NCBI RefSeq assembly: GCF_002113885.1
Contig: NW_018408296.1
Location: forward strand, 253,854-317,853
Reading direction: 5' to 3'
DNA: 64,000 bases
DNA from: Mizuhopecten yessoensis
Lineage: Eukaryota
Positions 48,969-63,634 of the stretch are shown piece after piece. A program made the translations under genes and the position numbers. Each line of letters opens with the position of its first letter. Position 1 is the stretch's first letter. Under the pieces are notes generated by a model. It was not told the DNA's origin and did no database searches. It was given only the letters and a program-made list of their open reading frames with translations.

Positions 48969-51957
48969 ACAAGAATCGGGGATATCCAAGGAACCATCAT
49001 TGATCTGCCATCAAATTGTAATGCTCGAGATCTATGGCTTTTCTTTTTATAGATATAAAGTTTCTTTCATAATAGTTTCTAGTAGATGTTCCGTAATTCT
49101 ATGGAAAGTGCTAGTGTACATACTTATTACTCATTAGTTTCTAGCAGATTATTAGTGTACATACTTATGATTCATAATTTGGACGTTTGAGCTGTTGGGT
49201 GTTTTTTTTGTATTTTTTTTTGTATTTGTTTGATAAGTTTTTTCTTTTTTTCGTGCATCTAATTTATTGTTTTGACTCTTCTTCTTCTACTTAATATAAA
49301 CGGATTTCTAAACACAATGCTGGTGAGAAAAACAAATCGTGACTTATTTTTGTTTTTGAATCGTTACACAATCACCTGCACATGAACAATTGTTGCGTAC
49401 ACGATTTTAAAGTAAATCGTGATATGCAAATAAATACATTTTTTTTTATATCATTAAGGTGTTTTGCGCACATCCCATTCTGCTTCTACAGAAGTCAAGA
49501 CCAATTCGTATTTCCGAATCCTTTTTTGGCCATTAGCATCAACAACTATTCCTAGAAGATCGAAAATAGCTGTACGCTACAATGTATTTGGTTTATCTAT
49601 TACTGAGTTTTAAAGTATAGGGACAATCACCTCTGTCAAAAGTGCAAGTTTTCGAAACCAGCTGCCTTTATATATAGATCGTGTGTTAAGAATTTGAATA
49701 TTCCTGATTATAGTGCGTTCTCGCCAATCATCTCTAAGGCTGTTATTAAAGGGTCACTCCTCGCTCAATGATTTACTGAAGTGACCTCTAACTGAGTTGG
49801 AGACAGAGAATTATTGTGAGGGACTAGGGACAATACATAATAATTTTATGTTCGAAATGTTGTGTACGAACATTCGGTTTACTAATGTCTGAACGACTTG
49901 CAAATGAGACATGGAAAAGGATTAGCAAAAAGCCTGATTACACTTTCTTCAATAAATCTATATGCTTTAATCACACTCGATACTGGAAGTTTTTTTAATG
50001 CTTTTCCTTCATATAAAAACAACGCTATATAATTCGATCTGACATAATATCTATTTCATGTCTATTTTCAGAGGGCGTACATGCATGTTTAAACAACAGC
50101 TTAACAGAATACATTTTAGGTGAAAATTTCACAAACAATTTGGAATAGTAATGGGATATACGTTTACCTTATTTTTGTGACGTATTTTGTCCTGTGTATT
50201 GACGCTGTGCCAGAACTATTGTTGCCTTTTCTGTTGCTGTTAAAATTTATTTTGTTCTTTGGTTTTGACGCTTATGCCGGGTAGAATTTTTCCTTTTCTC
50301 TTTTGATTTTGTGATTAATTTTGTCCTTGGGTCCTGACACTGTGCAAGGTATATTTTTCCTTCTCTTTGATTTTGTGATAAATTTTGTCCTTGTGTGTTA
50401 CACAATTAGTATGTGTTTGCATTAGAATGGCGGCTTGTGTACTTTATATATATATTTGTACTGGTTCGAAAGTTTGTATACTTTGTATATATGTGAAGTG
50501 GATAGACCACTTTCCCTCCTTGTATACGTTTGAAGTAGACTATTTGAACACGTTTATGTGTATCTTTTGATTGACATTTTGTACCCTTTTTGATATAATT
50601 TGGATATGTGATAATTGTGATTTGTAGTAGTATCGTATAGATCAAGCGTTTTCTGTAAAACACAAACAGACGTTTACGTCAATATTTTAAATTTGGTCTA
50701 AAGTATCCCGATGACACAGGTTCCTGTAAAGTAATATGATAAAATCGATTGCAAAACAAAAAGATTACTTATTTGATATAAAAAATATACAATTGAACTT
50801 TTAATTTAATTCTACGTCAGGCGATGTCTCAGTAGGGTGTTTGTGGCGTTCTAGAAACATTGTATCCGGTTTGCAGTAACTGACGGAAAGATCAAATGAT
50901 TTTTCTTATTACAGGTCCACACGCTTTGCAGGAAATCTGTCAAAATCGACGTGTTGATCACAGCCTTTGCTTTTTGCTGATTCTGTTTATTAATTCTTCA
51001 ATTTTCTTGTCAGATAGTTTTGGCATATTGTCATAAACTGCTGTTCTTATAAAATCAATTTCATTCCATATGTTTTAATTACGTCAAACGTCGTCTACAA
51101 TACATGATCTCGCGATATAATGTAGACCTGACTTATCCAGTGTCTTCAAGCATTGAAGCTAGATACAACACACCCAAATTTTAAAATTGTCATTCTACAA
51201 CAAAATAATCTCTAACGGCCAATTCCTTATAACACATATAATTCATAATGGTCATTTCTCTGCAAACACATCTAAAGTCTAAAATAGAAAATTGTTCATT
51301 TTCTACAAACACATCCAAAGTTTACGTATAGAAAGGGCAATCGTTTGTAAATACACAAAAAAATGTAAACCTATAAATAGCATATAGATATATCCAAAGT
51401 CTGGAATGGGTCATTTCCTGAAAATAACTTTATTCTAAATGTGCCAGTCCACTGCAAACACATATGCAAATTCTAAAAATGTCAATCTCCAAAACTTACC
51501 AAAGTCTAAAACGAACAATTCGTTTCCAATTAATGCATTGTTTTTAATAAAAAGGTTAAACTCCATTAAATACATCAAATGTCTTAATTGTCAATCCCCT
51601 GAAAACAATTAAAAACAAAACCAATTTGCCAACAAACACACCATAAATTAACCTTAAATCATTTCTTGGAAATAAAATTGTCTATTGATATCTCACTTTG
51701 TGCTTAAAATGGTTTTATAATACATTGTATAAGTCATCGAGATTTAGATGGCACTCTTAAGGATCCCTGAACCATTGCCGAAACCTGTAAATACACATTG
51801 AAAACCTCTGGTACAATGTTTGACTGTAGCTTTGAAAAATCTTTTCGGAAAATAAATTCATTCTTTGCGGGACACTATTATGAAAAATTGATAAAGAGGA
51901 CGTAAACAAACATTAACAAAGGGTTGTTGATATGAAACCTCAACATGGACAGACCTG

Positions 51958-52220
51958 GGCCCGTATTCATGAAACCGTTCTCATGCTCAAGCATGTATTC
52001 TTTGCTCAAGCCAGCTTTCTTGTAACCCACCTTAATCATGTCAACCATCAAAAAGTCAAATTCAAATATTGAAAACAGTATTCGGCTTTTAGTTTCTTCA
52101 TTTTTTGTCCAAAACTTTAACAAAATAAGATTTTTGAAATAATTTATAACTGGAAAAAGAAATTAGACTTGAGCACAAAATTCAGGGGTGAGCATAAGAA
52201 CGGTTTCATGAATACGTGCC
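51958..52220. mobile_element. MITE of 263 bp with CTG TSD (Harbinger-like)
   Basis: TIR GGCCCGTATTCATGAAACCGTTCT / AGAACGGTTTCATGAATACGTGCC, with CTG at 51955-51957 and 52221-52223. Confidence 0.9.
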
Positions 52221-55200
52221 CTGGACTCAAAACCTTGAGCTCGGATCGTTATACCATCTTTTAACCATATGAGCTACTTGATCATCGAGATTGTCCAGGT
52301 CCAGCTTCGCTACTGTTATATCAAAAGTGAAATTAAGGGAAAGTTAATGTTTACACAAACATCCACAGTGGAATGTTCTTATGTTGCTAATGTCAGTAGG
52401 TCAGGTATCTTTAATCGTTTGACATTTTGTGTATTCGAAAGGTTGGAACGGGATATCAAATATCATAGCATTTCTACAGCCTAGTAAAGGTTCAGGAGTG
52501 GAGCGTAGTAGTACGATCTGAATCCCATCAAAGACATATTGTCTCATTAAAATGCTTGATTATTCAGTTTAATGATGTAAGTAACCCAGACGATTTATAT
52601 GAGTTTTCATCGGACCTCCAAAGCAGCAAACTTCATGATCATTAACGGTCTGTAATATCTCGATGTGTTGAGGTCACGTTCAGTTTGTTCTTTCCAATGC
52701 CTTTCATAAGATCATTTTGCGTGTAATCAAAAACAAGATTTAGTTCTCGATGGTGGTTTAAAAGAAATAAATTACAAAATACTAGAATGACGTGCCATAG
52801 GTCTGTCACGTTATGTCATTTTCACGTTGGTTTCTTAGTTTAATTTACGTCTGGAAAATTAATTTTGTTAGCTTTTTGATTTTAGTTAAATTTTGAAGAA
52901 ATTTTGCAAACAGCTAACAAATTATCTAGCACCATCTTGGTAATACTACATGTATTATATATCCGCTTCATAAAATTATAACCATCATGAGCTGAGTTGC
53001 AAAAACTGTTTTTACGGCAAAAATAATCCTTGTGTCTATGGGAACGACGCCGAAGTACATATTTAACTTTTATGTTGGGATGAAGGGTTACATTTGAATA
53101 ACAGAGACACGGAAATATATACATATTACGAAAGTAAACCCAAGCAACCCAAATTTTATCATAATTGGATGTGAAACGAAGCCATGAAAATGCTTTGATT
53201 TTAGTAAAGTAACATAGAATCAAATAGGAAAATGACGTAACATGAAGGACTTTTAGCACGTCACCATAGATTTTCGTTTGAAATTAAAAGAAAATACTTG
53301 CGAGTTACTTGCTTATATTTGGTTTGCTTCCATAAGATGACTGACCAACGAATTATGAAAGATATCTGTTAAAATAAAAACGTTTTAACTAAAACGAAGG
53401 TCGCTTGAAATGTATAGCATTGTTACAGAACCGGAATGGTGTAACAATTTAAACGTCAGCTAACATATGTGCGCGATGATTTACAGGAATATCTAAAAGG
53501 TTTAACATCGTCTGCTTCACATCATGAATGTAATTCACACATGTAGTTTGACGACAAAAAAAGGTTACTACACTGTACCAACTGCCAAACAATTATGAAA
53601 GTGACGACAATACTATTTCAATTGATTATTGTTATGTATATTTCCTGTCCTAAGTAGAAACGTATCTGTTTCCCTTGCTAATGGGGTTTAATGGTTAATC
53701 ACATGGGATTCGTTTCTCCTGCAAAACCTGTTCTGTAGACATTTGGCGGCCGTCATCATAGCCCAATTTGCAAGGACACGTTCAGTGTACCTTATGTCGG
53801 TGGTGACCAATCAAAAATGTCCTGTTAGTATTGTGAAGCTGAACAATGCAATTACGCGTTTCCACATTACTCAATAACTAAAGCTATGTAGTTTCATACC
53901 TCTTTATACTTTATATGGGTCAGTTTCTGCCAAGCCTGGGAAGCATAATGATCGTGTTTTTGGAGGAATGTCTGACAATTTGTTTTCTTTAAACAATCAA
54001 TTTTAATTTCTATACAATCAATCAAAATTATGGATGTCAATCTTTTTGTAATTTCTGTGAAAGTTAAAATTTTCGCAGTGTGGAATTTCTTGCAATTTTT
54101 GGGTTGAGTATTACTAACAACACGTTCCATGGGTAATAAAAGTTGTATCTGACGTTTGATTATTTGAGGATTTAATGCAATTCTAATGTGACCAAAGCTG
54201 ATTTATTTTTGTAGTCAATATACAATTAATTATAACTTCGAATTAAATACGCTATAAGCGGAAAACAGCGTTATTGAAAACTGTAAGATAGGAATAACAG
54301 TTGAATAAAATTGTAAGTATCACTAGCAAATATAAAATGCGTGTCATCTTAGTCGTATATCAATTTAAATTTTAAGATACTGTTGTTGATTCAAGAACGC
54401 GTAAAAGTTTATTAAAATAAAGAGACCGTATATCGCCAACACTTATGAATAGAAGAGATTTATTATATTTTTATTTATTTACTTTTATATAATGTAACAA
54501 AGTTAACCTGTTACGAGGCTCAGGAATTATTGAACGGCTTTGAATGACTTGAATACAGACCACGTATATTAAATATATACCCTCGTGAGTTTAAAATCAA
54601 GGACACTACAGACTCTTCAACTCAACCACTTTCCCCGATCCTTACTTACAACATGATTAACAGGGAGATAAACATCACTGTTTAAGCTGTGTGATTCGCG
54701 ATTCAATTTCAAGTTTCCTATCTTTAACCTTCTCTTTCTTGATAGCAGCATCCTTAATTCCCGAACCCACGTTGTTTTCGTGTCGCAGTTGATTCGGTAG
54801 TCAAGAGCTTGCTTTTAAAATATCATGATTTCCATTATTTATTTCAACTGCTGATGAAAAATCTTTCAACACAGCGTTTTCCTAACGATGCATGTTGATG
54901 CAGACTTCAATATGTGTGAACACATTGTTTAGCTACCATCAAGAGGTTATTGGGAGCTATGTTATTCCTTTGTGTGTCCATAAGTGTACTATGGTGTTGC
55001 GTTGTCATTATCCTAGTTCTTGATATGAGGACATTGCGTTATTTCAATCTGATCCAGACTTACATGGCGTGTGTCGTAGATGACGCAGAAGGCGTTTACC
55101 CTTCCGTAGTGTTAGGTCTTCGTCTCTTAAGTAGGCAGTTTATATTTTCCCTAGTTTAATCATTTTTGAGTTCGATTTGTAGTTTTGCTAAAAAATCTAT

Positions 55201-56699
55201 ACTCCCTTTGAGCGATGGGCAAGGATAACAAAGGAGATCGCTTACGAATTTGTTTGAGTTGACAGGTTTGCTAAGGGATATGCAACCTTTACAGCTCTAT
55301 TGATAGCTTCACATATTAAACGTTGTTTAATATTAAATAATTATGGGTGACCGTAATTCTAACTTCTTGTAAAATGTGTAGCACTCATTGTAGAATACTG
55401 AATTGCATGCCTTCGTACAATATATTTCTACCAGGCAGCGATCCTTGATCCAGGGACATGTCAGGGTCACTGTTTTGGTCAGGATCCTTCACAAAAGAGC
55501 ACTGATTAAATAGTTCAGTGAATGAACTGTTGGTTTGGTTGGACACTTGGATTATTCTAGTATTGTTTTATAAAGGAAACATTTGAAATTATTGTAGTTT
55601 CCTTCAAAGTTCATAATTTCAAATACGTACCGTGTTAACTAACGGATCCCTGAGGTTGAAAGCCTGAAATGGACTATATGATTGCTCCTTAAAGTTCACC
55701 ATAGATACAGTATACAGGAAATGAATAACTTTGTACCACACAACTGTTTAGTCCTTCTAGAACTTATCGTTTATGCTACCTGTCGTAGCAAGAAACTCGG
55801 AAATTTAAATTGGTCTGAAGGTGGGTCCATCTTTTTGGAAAAACCCATGTAATTTCTTTCTAATTAGGCTTATTTTCTTGCATGTTTTACGTAAATTTTA
55901 CCTATTCCTATTTTAATGCGTAATAGGCAAAATAATGTCATATTATTATCCATACCGTCAAAAATATAATTCTTTATCGTGTTCCCACACTTATATTTGA
56001 TATACATTAAACTCAAGTAGCATTAATGCTAGGAACTTAACTAAAAAGAAATATTTCAAAGTTCCGATCCGTATTCCAGAATGATTTATCTTTGGACCGC
56101 CTCCGGGTCCGGTATTATACACGAAATTATATTTCCGTATACAATGCTAGCGCACCATTCTAAACGTGTTGTGCTTGATTTCACTGTTTGTTGTTTAGTT
56201 TCTGTATATGCAGGTCGGTATATAAAATTAATATGGAACAAATATTTGCTACCATTAGCTAGTCTACATCTAATTGTTGCTGTATATTTATTGTAACATA
56301 GACAATAGAGCTCAAAACACAGTGTTACAGACGTACAGACTACGTTTCGCGATAAAAGTTTCCGGAACTAAAACATATCTCTAAAACAGGCCTCCCCAGT
56401 ACATACTATTTTACAAAGTTTTACTTTTAGTATATATTTTTGTTTCTTCACATTTTGAGCAATCTGCATTAAATACTTCTGACATCCAAAATGTTTATAA
56501 AGCTGATTTTTATATATGACAATTCAATGTATAGATGTAAACAATTACACATGTTAGACATATTACTGTTACACTGTATATTTATACATTCAAGCACTTG
56601 TCTACCTTGTTATTACTATTTTGGTCACACAGAGCATTAAATGTCAATATCTTGTTTGACCATCATCTAAACATACAGGCTGTGAAAGCAGTTCAAGTA

Positions 56700-57047
56700 G
56701 TATAGTTCACAGCAGATGATTGCAGAACTTGAGGACATCACATGTCATGCTAAGATCTAAACAGGACAGAGTAACAAACTAGAAGAATAGCTTGCACCAG
56801 AATCAGTAGTGGAGGCATCAACATTGGCAGGCGTCAAGGCCAGGTTGAATACCATGCTCTAAGACAGCCCTCCCCAAGTATACATTAATGTACAAAGTTT
56901 TTACTTTTTAGATTATATTTTTTTTCTCTTCACATGTTGAGATGCACAGAGTCAAAAACATTCAATCCGAGAAAAACATTTTAGTTCCCATTGTGGAATT
57001 CTGAGGAGGAGGAGGAGGAGGAGGAGGAGGAGGAGGAGGAGGAGGAG
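56700..57047 (+). mobile_element. CR1-like LINE 3' end with (GAG)n tail
   Basis: Remnants RT*GH and NSL..PESVVEASTLAGVKARLNTML* resemble the CR1 ORF2 end WNSLP..VV.A.TL..FK.RL. Then 3' UTR and about 15 GAG repeats (57003-57047). The UTR is partly duplicated at 56391-56459. Confidence 0.7.
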
Positions 57048-57075
57048 GGGGGAAGGTGGCTGCACATTTACAATG

Positions 57076-57164
57076 NNNNNNNNNNNNNNNNNNNNNNNNN
57101 NNNNNNNNNNNNNNNNNNNNNNNNNNNNNNNNNNNNNNNNNNNNNNNNNNNNNNNNNNNNNNNN
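57076..57164. other. Assembly gap
   Basis: Run of N. Confidence 1.
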
Positions 57165-57972
57165 GGGGGGGGAGGGGAATGTATGCCGATTTTGGAATCT
57201 AACACGATGTAGTTCTGTGGACTCTCATTCATAACACAAGAAAACATATCTTGAATTTGAGAATCTGAACCAGAATTCATGAGAGAAAATTCACAGAGAA
57301 ATAAATTCTTGGAAAGTTATTTACTAAGTTAACTTACTACGTATTTTAGTCATTTTATAACAGGAGAGAAAAAAATGAATAAAACACATTTTAAAAACTT
57401 TAATAAAATCACATGTTTGAAACATAATTCAAAATAAGAAGTAAAGATAGGAATATTTGTCTTTGGAGTATGTACATTGTAGTATCACATTAATAACACA
57501 TTTACAGGACCTATGTATTTGATTTTTTTTCACATTAAATTGTCCAGAGTTTTGTTTCTATCCTGGTGTCTTCTTACATAAGGCTTTCTGCATGAATAAA
57601 CGAAAAATAAATTTAACGATTTGTAACAAAAACCTGGTATGCAGAATCCATATTACAGTTACATGTACATAGAATTATGACTATATATACATGTAGTGCT
57701 TTACAATATCTTATTGATAATCACATAAGTCATAATTTAGAAATGACTGCATCAAATTATACTAATACTAATTATGCCTGGTCTTCAACCAAACTTAAAT
57801 ATTGATAATATTTACTTTCATGGTTGTAAATAAGCTAGAAATATTCATATACATGTAGAATACAGTCTTATTAAAATAAAACAAACGTGACTTTTAATGC
57901 CACCTTATTCTACAATCCGTATTGAAAAATATGACATGTATAATATGTTTTGCTAAATCTATGAGGAAGTAA

Positions 57973-58592
57973 GTCAGTTCACCAGTGTCCCATTTCCAAG
58001 TTTTTACAACATTACATTTTATTCTTCAAAATTTTAATTAATCTCTTGATTATTATATCACCAGAAATCAATCTTGGTGAATGCTTGGTTCAGCACAGAG
58101 ACTAAATTTACTAAAAGAGACATTGGCAGCAACTATAACACATTCATTTTCACATGATAGATTTCAGTATATAAGGTTTTATCACATTTGATCTGACATT
58201 TATCAAATTATCTGTTGTTACTTTGCTATTACCTGGGGTTATATACGAAACTGTAATTATGTTGTTTCTATTCATTTTNGGTCAGTTCACCAGTGTCCCC
58301 TTTCCAAGTTTTTACAACATTACATTATATTTTTCAATTTTTTTATTAATCTCTTGATTATTATATCACCAGAAATTAATCTTGGTGAATGCTTGGTTCA
58401 GCACAGAGACTAAATATACCAAAAGAGACATTAGCAGCAACTATTACACATTCATTTTCACATGATATATTTCAGTATATAAGGTTTTATCACATTTGAT
58501 CTGACATTTATAAATTATCTGTTGTTACTTTGCTATTACCTGGGGTTATATACATATGTACGAAACTGTAATCATATTGTTCTATTCATTTT
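57973..58592. repeat. Direct duplication of about 306 bp across a single N
   Basis: 57973-58278 and 58281-58592 are near-identical, with the N at 58279. Confidence 0.95.
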
Positions 58593-60779
58593 CCACCCTT
58601 GTTATGATGACCTATGTCATTATAAATTATCCTCTATGATTTGATATATCCAGGTTTGGCCTATTGACTCGCAATGACTTTGACTTTCTGTCCTTACTTC
58701 CTGTAATAAAAAAATCAAATTATGCATCTTTTAAAAAATTACTGTGATTTGTTCAGATATGAATATAACTTGACAAAAAACTTTTGATACACTGTACACA
58801 ATACACTACAAATACAATAAGAAACAAAGTGATTTGTTTACTAATTTGAAAATCTTTCAATGAAATTTTGCTTTGATGTTTTGAGTTGAAATGCAACCTG
58901 CTAATATATATTCTTAACTAAAATTCACTCCCTAACACAGAGATTACATGCAGAGAGGAAAAGAGTATAATGCACCGAAAGCTGAATTAACCTACATCGT
59001 TCAACACATGAAAAAAAGTTAAATCAAGGAAACTTACCTGTTATGTATTAATGTATTTCCTACCACTGCTTTTCCTCAATTTAGAAAACTGCTCATGGCT
59101 CTTGTTAGTACCTAATCAGATATCACATTCAATACGATTATTCAAACATAAAAGATGATCGCACTAGATAGTTTTCATTTATTTGACGTTCTTAATGTTG
59201 TTAGTAATCGTCCATTACACTTTTTAAATCCAAGCGTGATGTCGTTAGGTTACCGTAAATCGTTTTGAAATTTAGCCAACATGCGCAGCTTCCTGCGCAG
59301 TGGGGCTAAATTTGAGAAGGATGAACCCACCTATTAACTACTGTTGAATCAGAAGGGAAGGTACTCCTTCATTGTAAATTGATTTCAAAAAATAGATTTT
59401 CGCTTACTTCAAATTAATAATGAGTAGTTGTGTAAATCCGGCAAATATCCCGGATTTAGCAATCCATCAGCATTCTCGGTTTGAACAGTCAATATACCAA
59501 AATATCTACCGCATGTAGTATTGTTTCCCATAATCGGCAAAATATGGTGAGGAGCCCAGACTAATAAAATGTGAACTAGCAAAAATTCAAAATGCGAGAT
59601 TGTTTCACCTGATGCCAGGTAATCCATTATGGTACCACAAATACTAATTTCAGGGTTCAAATTCAGTAATGTGAACGTGTTTTTGATCCATTTTCGCGTT
59701 TCACAACATGGTGCATTGTAGCATATCAGAGGCAGCTTCAGTCAAGACACGTACATACTGTAATATTTTCCATCGCTGATACGAGATTTGGGAAAGACAC
59801 ATGGGTAATGATATCACTGGTAGATTTTAATAGCTAGGCAGGACACTCTGATCATTAAGCAGACGTACTATAGTTCATTAAATCGAAGATTCAAGGTCTA
59901 AGCAAGACCTATATATGTTCTGTTTTTATATCTGCATTAAAGTCAAATGTCATGTCGGGACATGTAAGTTTATTATATGAATATCTATCCTTGGTTTGAT
60001 CTTCGCTTTGTATCGAACACGGATAAGATAATAAAAACATAACTTGTTTTTTAGATATTTATAAATAAATTAATACTGATTAATTTGGTTTTAAAGTATG
60101 CACTATGCAGTCGAAGTGGAGAACACTTACTTGTGATTGTCGACTGGCATAGCTGTAGAGTTTCCTCGTTTTTGCTGGTAACGCCATACCAGTTTGATTG
60201 GGAGTTTTACAACGAAGGATATTTGGCGACAGATCGTGGAAATAACTCACCTTGCGTTTGGTGATATTGTTAATTCCGTGAAAGCAGTATCTTTTTTCAA
60301 AAGAATTATTTGGATTCAATTGACAGCTCGCTCCTCTGCAGTAGGGTATTGGAGACAAGGCCATAATTACATTGTCAGATAATTGTCGACAGTAATTTGT
60401 GACGAGTTTGCACAGAGAACGCATTGGTGATACAATACGACACTGTGTGTTGTCTTTGACGGATTATACCATCAGTTATTTTAAAGCAGCAACGTTAAGG
60501 TTTTTAACGATTAAACATACAGGATGTTTTGGCTATTTCGTTACTCCTTAAGGCTCTATTACAAAGACATGTTACAACTTTTATGACAAACATATTGCTT
60601 TTGAATTTGCAATTAATAAGGGTATATGATGACTTAGCAATTATGTCTCAGATGTTTGTCTTTGTTTGGCGCTATCTGTGCATCTGTGCCTAGTAGTGCT
60701 TTTGTCTATGATGTATTTGTCTTTAAACGTCCGCCTTCATGACATCAGTCTCCTAGATATATTTCTCTGTTTCTTTTAA

Positions 60780-61200
60780 AATCTTTGTCTGTAACTGTCT
60801 GCGTCATAAATAGTGTCTTTTACGTCTTTGTGTTTCATTGTCTGTGTCATTGACGTCTGTATGTTTAACTTTCTTTGTGTTTTACTGTTTTTATGTCAAT
60901 GTCTACAACTGTCTTTGTCTAATACGTGTGTGTTTACGAATATCTGTATCTATGACGTCCTTGTCTAAAACTGTCACTGTCTGTATATATGACGTCATTG
61001 TCTACAATAATCTGTGTCTATGACGTCCTTGTCTACAACTGTCTTTGTCTTTGACACCCTTGACTACAACTGTCACTGTCTGTGTCTGTAACGTCCTTGA
61101 CTACAACTGTTTTTGTCTATGACGGGTGTTTCATTGTCTATGGCAATGACGCCTGTGTTTTGAACTATTTGTGTCTATCACATGTGTGTTTTAACTCTTT
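60780..61200. repeat. Degenerate tandem repeat of about 31 bp
   Basis: Unit similar to ctacaactgtctttgtctatgacgtccttgt. Confidence 0.8.
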
Positions 61201-63634
61201 GTTGATATGACATATGGTGTTCTAACTATCTGCCTTTTTCTTTAACGCCTGTGGCAGTAACTATCTCAGTTAATGACTTCTGGTTCATTGGCCATCTGTG
61301 TCTTAGTGTTTGTGTCTATGGTCATGTTTGTCTCGAAAGCCAGATCTAACTTATGCAGTGTCGGAATTTTGTTGACGTCTCCTGGGAATAGAAGATATCC
61401 TAGCAATATGTGATTATATCTCCCTTGCCATTATAACCTTGACCTATAGCCTAGCATGTTTTATAGTCTTCGAATGAACTTCATCACTTCTGGTAAACTA
61501 AATTGATGTTGTTGTTTTTTATCTATTTCCCTTGTGACTTAAACTTTTGTTGGCCTGAAGTGATGTTATCTATGAATTCCCTTTGGTGAAATCGCAGTTT
61601 CCTTTACAATCTTTCAACTTCCTAAAGCAATTGCAAAACTGCAGTGTTCTAATTACACTAGTACAAATAAATGTTTCTGTTTTTTCTTAAATTAATTATT
61701 TGTCTTTTAGATACAACCTTGATGTGATTCTTCTTCAATTTCTTATAATGTCTAATTTTTATTTTCAATATATTACACAGAGACGGAAATTGACTTTAAA
61801 GACAAATACCACATAGGGAATTTTTTTATTAAACGCCAAGGGCAAAATACACCACGGGGTCAACGAAAAGGGAAAAAATACACAAAAAGTTAGCACACTA
61901 GGACAAAGTGTACCACAGCGTCAATACACAAAAGACAATCCACCACATCTATAACAAACTAAAACAAAATATGCTACACCGTCAATACATGCAACAATAT
62001 TTACAATTGAACGTCATCGCCAAAACACAATGAAAAATAAGAAATAACAGCAACGAAACAAATCAACGACAAAATAATATCGAAGTATCGACAAAACCAC
62101 AATTCGAACTAAAACTCGGAAAAAATAAAGGGACAAGTAGAATAAGGCCACGCGTTCCGGAAGGGTGAGCGTCTTCGGCTTAATAAAGACATTATAACTT
62201 ATCATAACTTAAAAGAAAGGCAAAACAAGCTTCTTCATACATCGCCTGTGGTATTGTGATGTCATGATTTATCAAATATAAAGTCATTCGTTCATTTTAT
62301 TCGAGCACTTTCCACTTGATGTTGGCGATATTATTGTTTATTTTTATTTGAAAGGCATACTCTATCTTTCAATATCAAGACATTCATAACTTTCGATAAA
62401 TACAAAAGACAAATAAGGAAACACAAATTAAAGATGTTTGCCAGAATAACAAAACAAACAGCTTTGGACTAAGACTTTGTTAAAATGTAATGCAATTACT
62501 CCCTCATTTAAAAGTAAACTCGCCTATACCACACGAAGAAACCACATGACGCTGGTTAGCTTAAAATCTGTCGGGATGGTGATTTAAAAAATGAACGGAA
62601 TGTTTTTGCTTCTTATAACACACTTAAATACAGGTAAAGCATGACATTATCAAAAATCAATTTCTGTCGACCTCAATCTGACGCAATATTACTGTCATCT
62701 TCGTCAGAGAAATGCATTCCTGTTTAATAATTCCGTTTATATTCAAACAAATGATATTGAATTATCAGTGGGAAACTTTGGAATATTCTGGATAGCTAGG
62801 TAAGTTCTGCCACGCAACTTACCAATGTTGTGCTCTCTTTACACTTGGTTCTCAGGGTGATTCCCAAGTCATCCAACTGGTAACGACTGATTAAATAAGC
62901 AAAGACAAAGTGCACTGCTGTCAACACAAAAACACGACACATACAACTGCGTCAACGCACGGAAATAATATCTATAACCGCGTCAAGACATCAGAACCAT
63001 ATACATAACTGCATCAATACATGGGGAAAGCACACCGATGTTTCATAGCACAAGGACAAAATGGTAACTCACGAAATACAAACAGAAAATGTTTAGGCAC
63101 AAAATAAAAACAAAGAAAACGTATTGCAAAAACATATATCGAAACGCACCAAAGGAAAACTATAGAAACTGCCAGCCAATACACAGAATAAAAACGAAAG
63201 ATAACATGGAAATACAATTTTATTATTTAAAACTTAACAACCACCTGTTAACGGTTGATGATATATATTCCATTGTTATATATACGTTTTTGTACGTTTG
63301 ATGATGAATGGCTAGAAGCTAGTTGGTTTATTGATTTCAGTATCAAATAACTCTGTTGTCTGGAACGTGAAATGCTTTCATTTGTCAGTTTGTGTGTTAA
63401 ACACCAGCTGGTAGATATGGTACAGAAAACGAATCAAATCACACGTCGGTTTCGGGTGACGTGTTTTATCAATCGCTTCTCCCAATAAACATTTATACGG
63501 CGTCAGATTTAGGTTACACATTGCACTTTAAGCAGAGCGCTTTCGATAAACTACAGACAATGTGCGGGTTGAATCAGATAACATACAAATATACATTTAT
63601 TTATTTTTTATATTACAGACAAATATACATTTAA

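Noticed and set aside
55065-55150. Shared ga.gcg.ttacccttccg motif with 62145-62180 (minus)
   Set aside because: Probably fragments of a common interspersed repeat, too short and degraded to classify.
56991-57212. Poly-Glu ORF
   Set aside because: It is the (GAG)n LINE tail plus an assembly gap.
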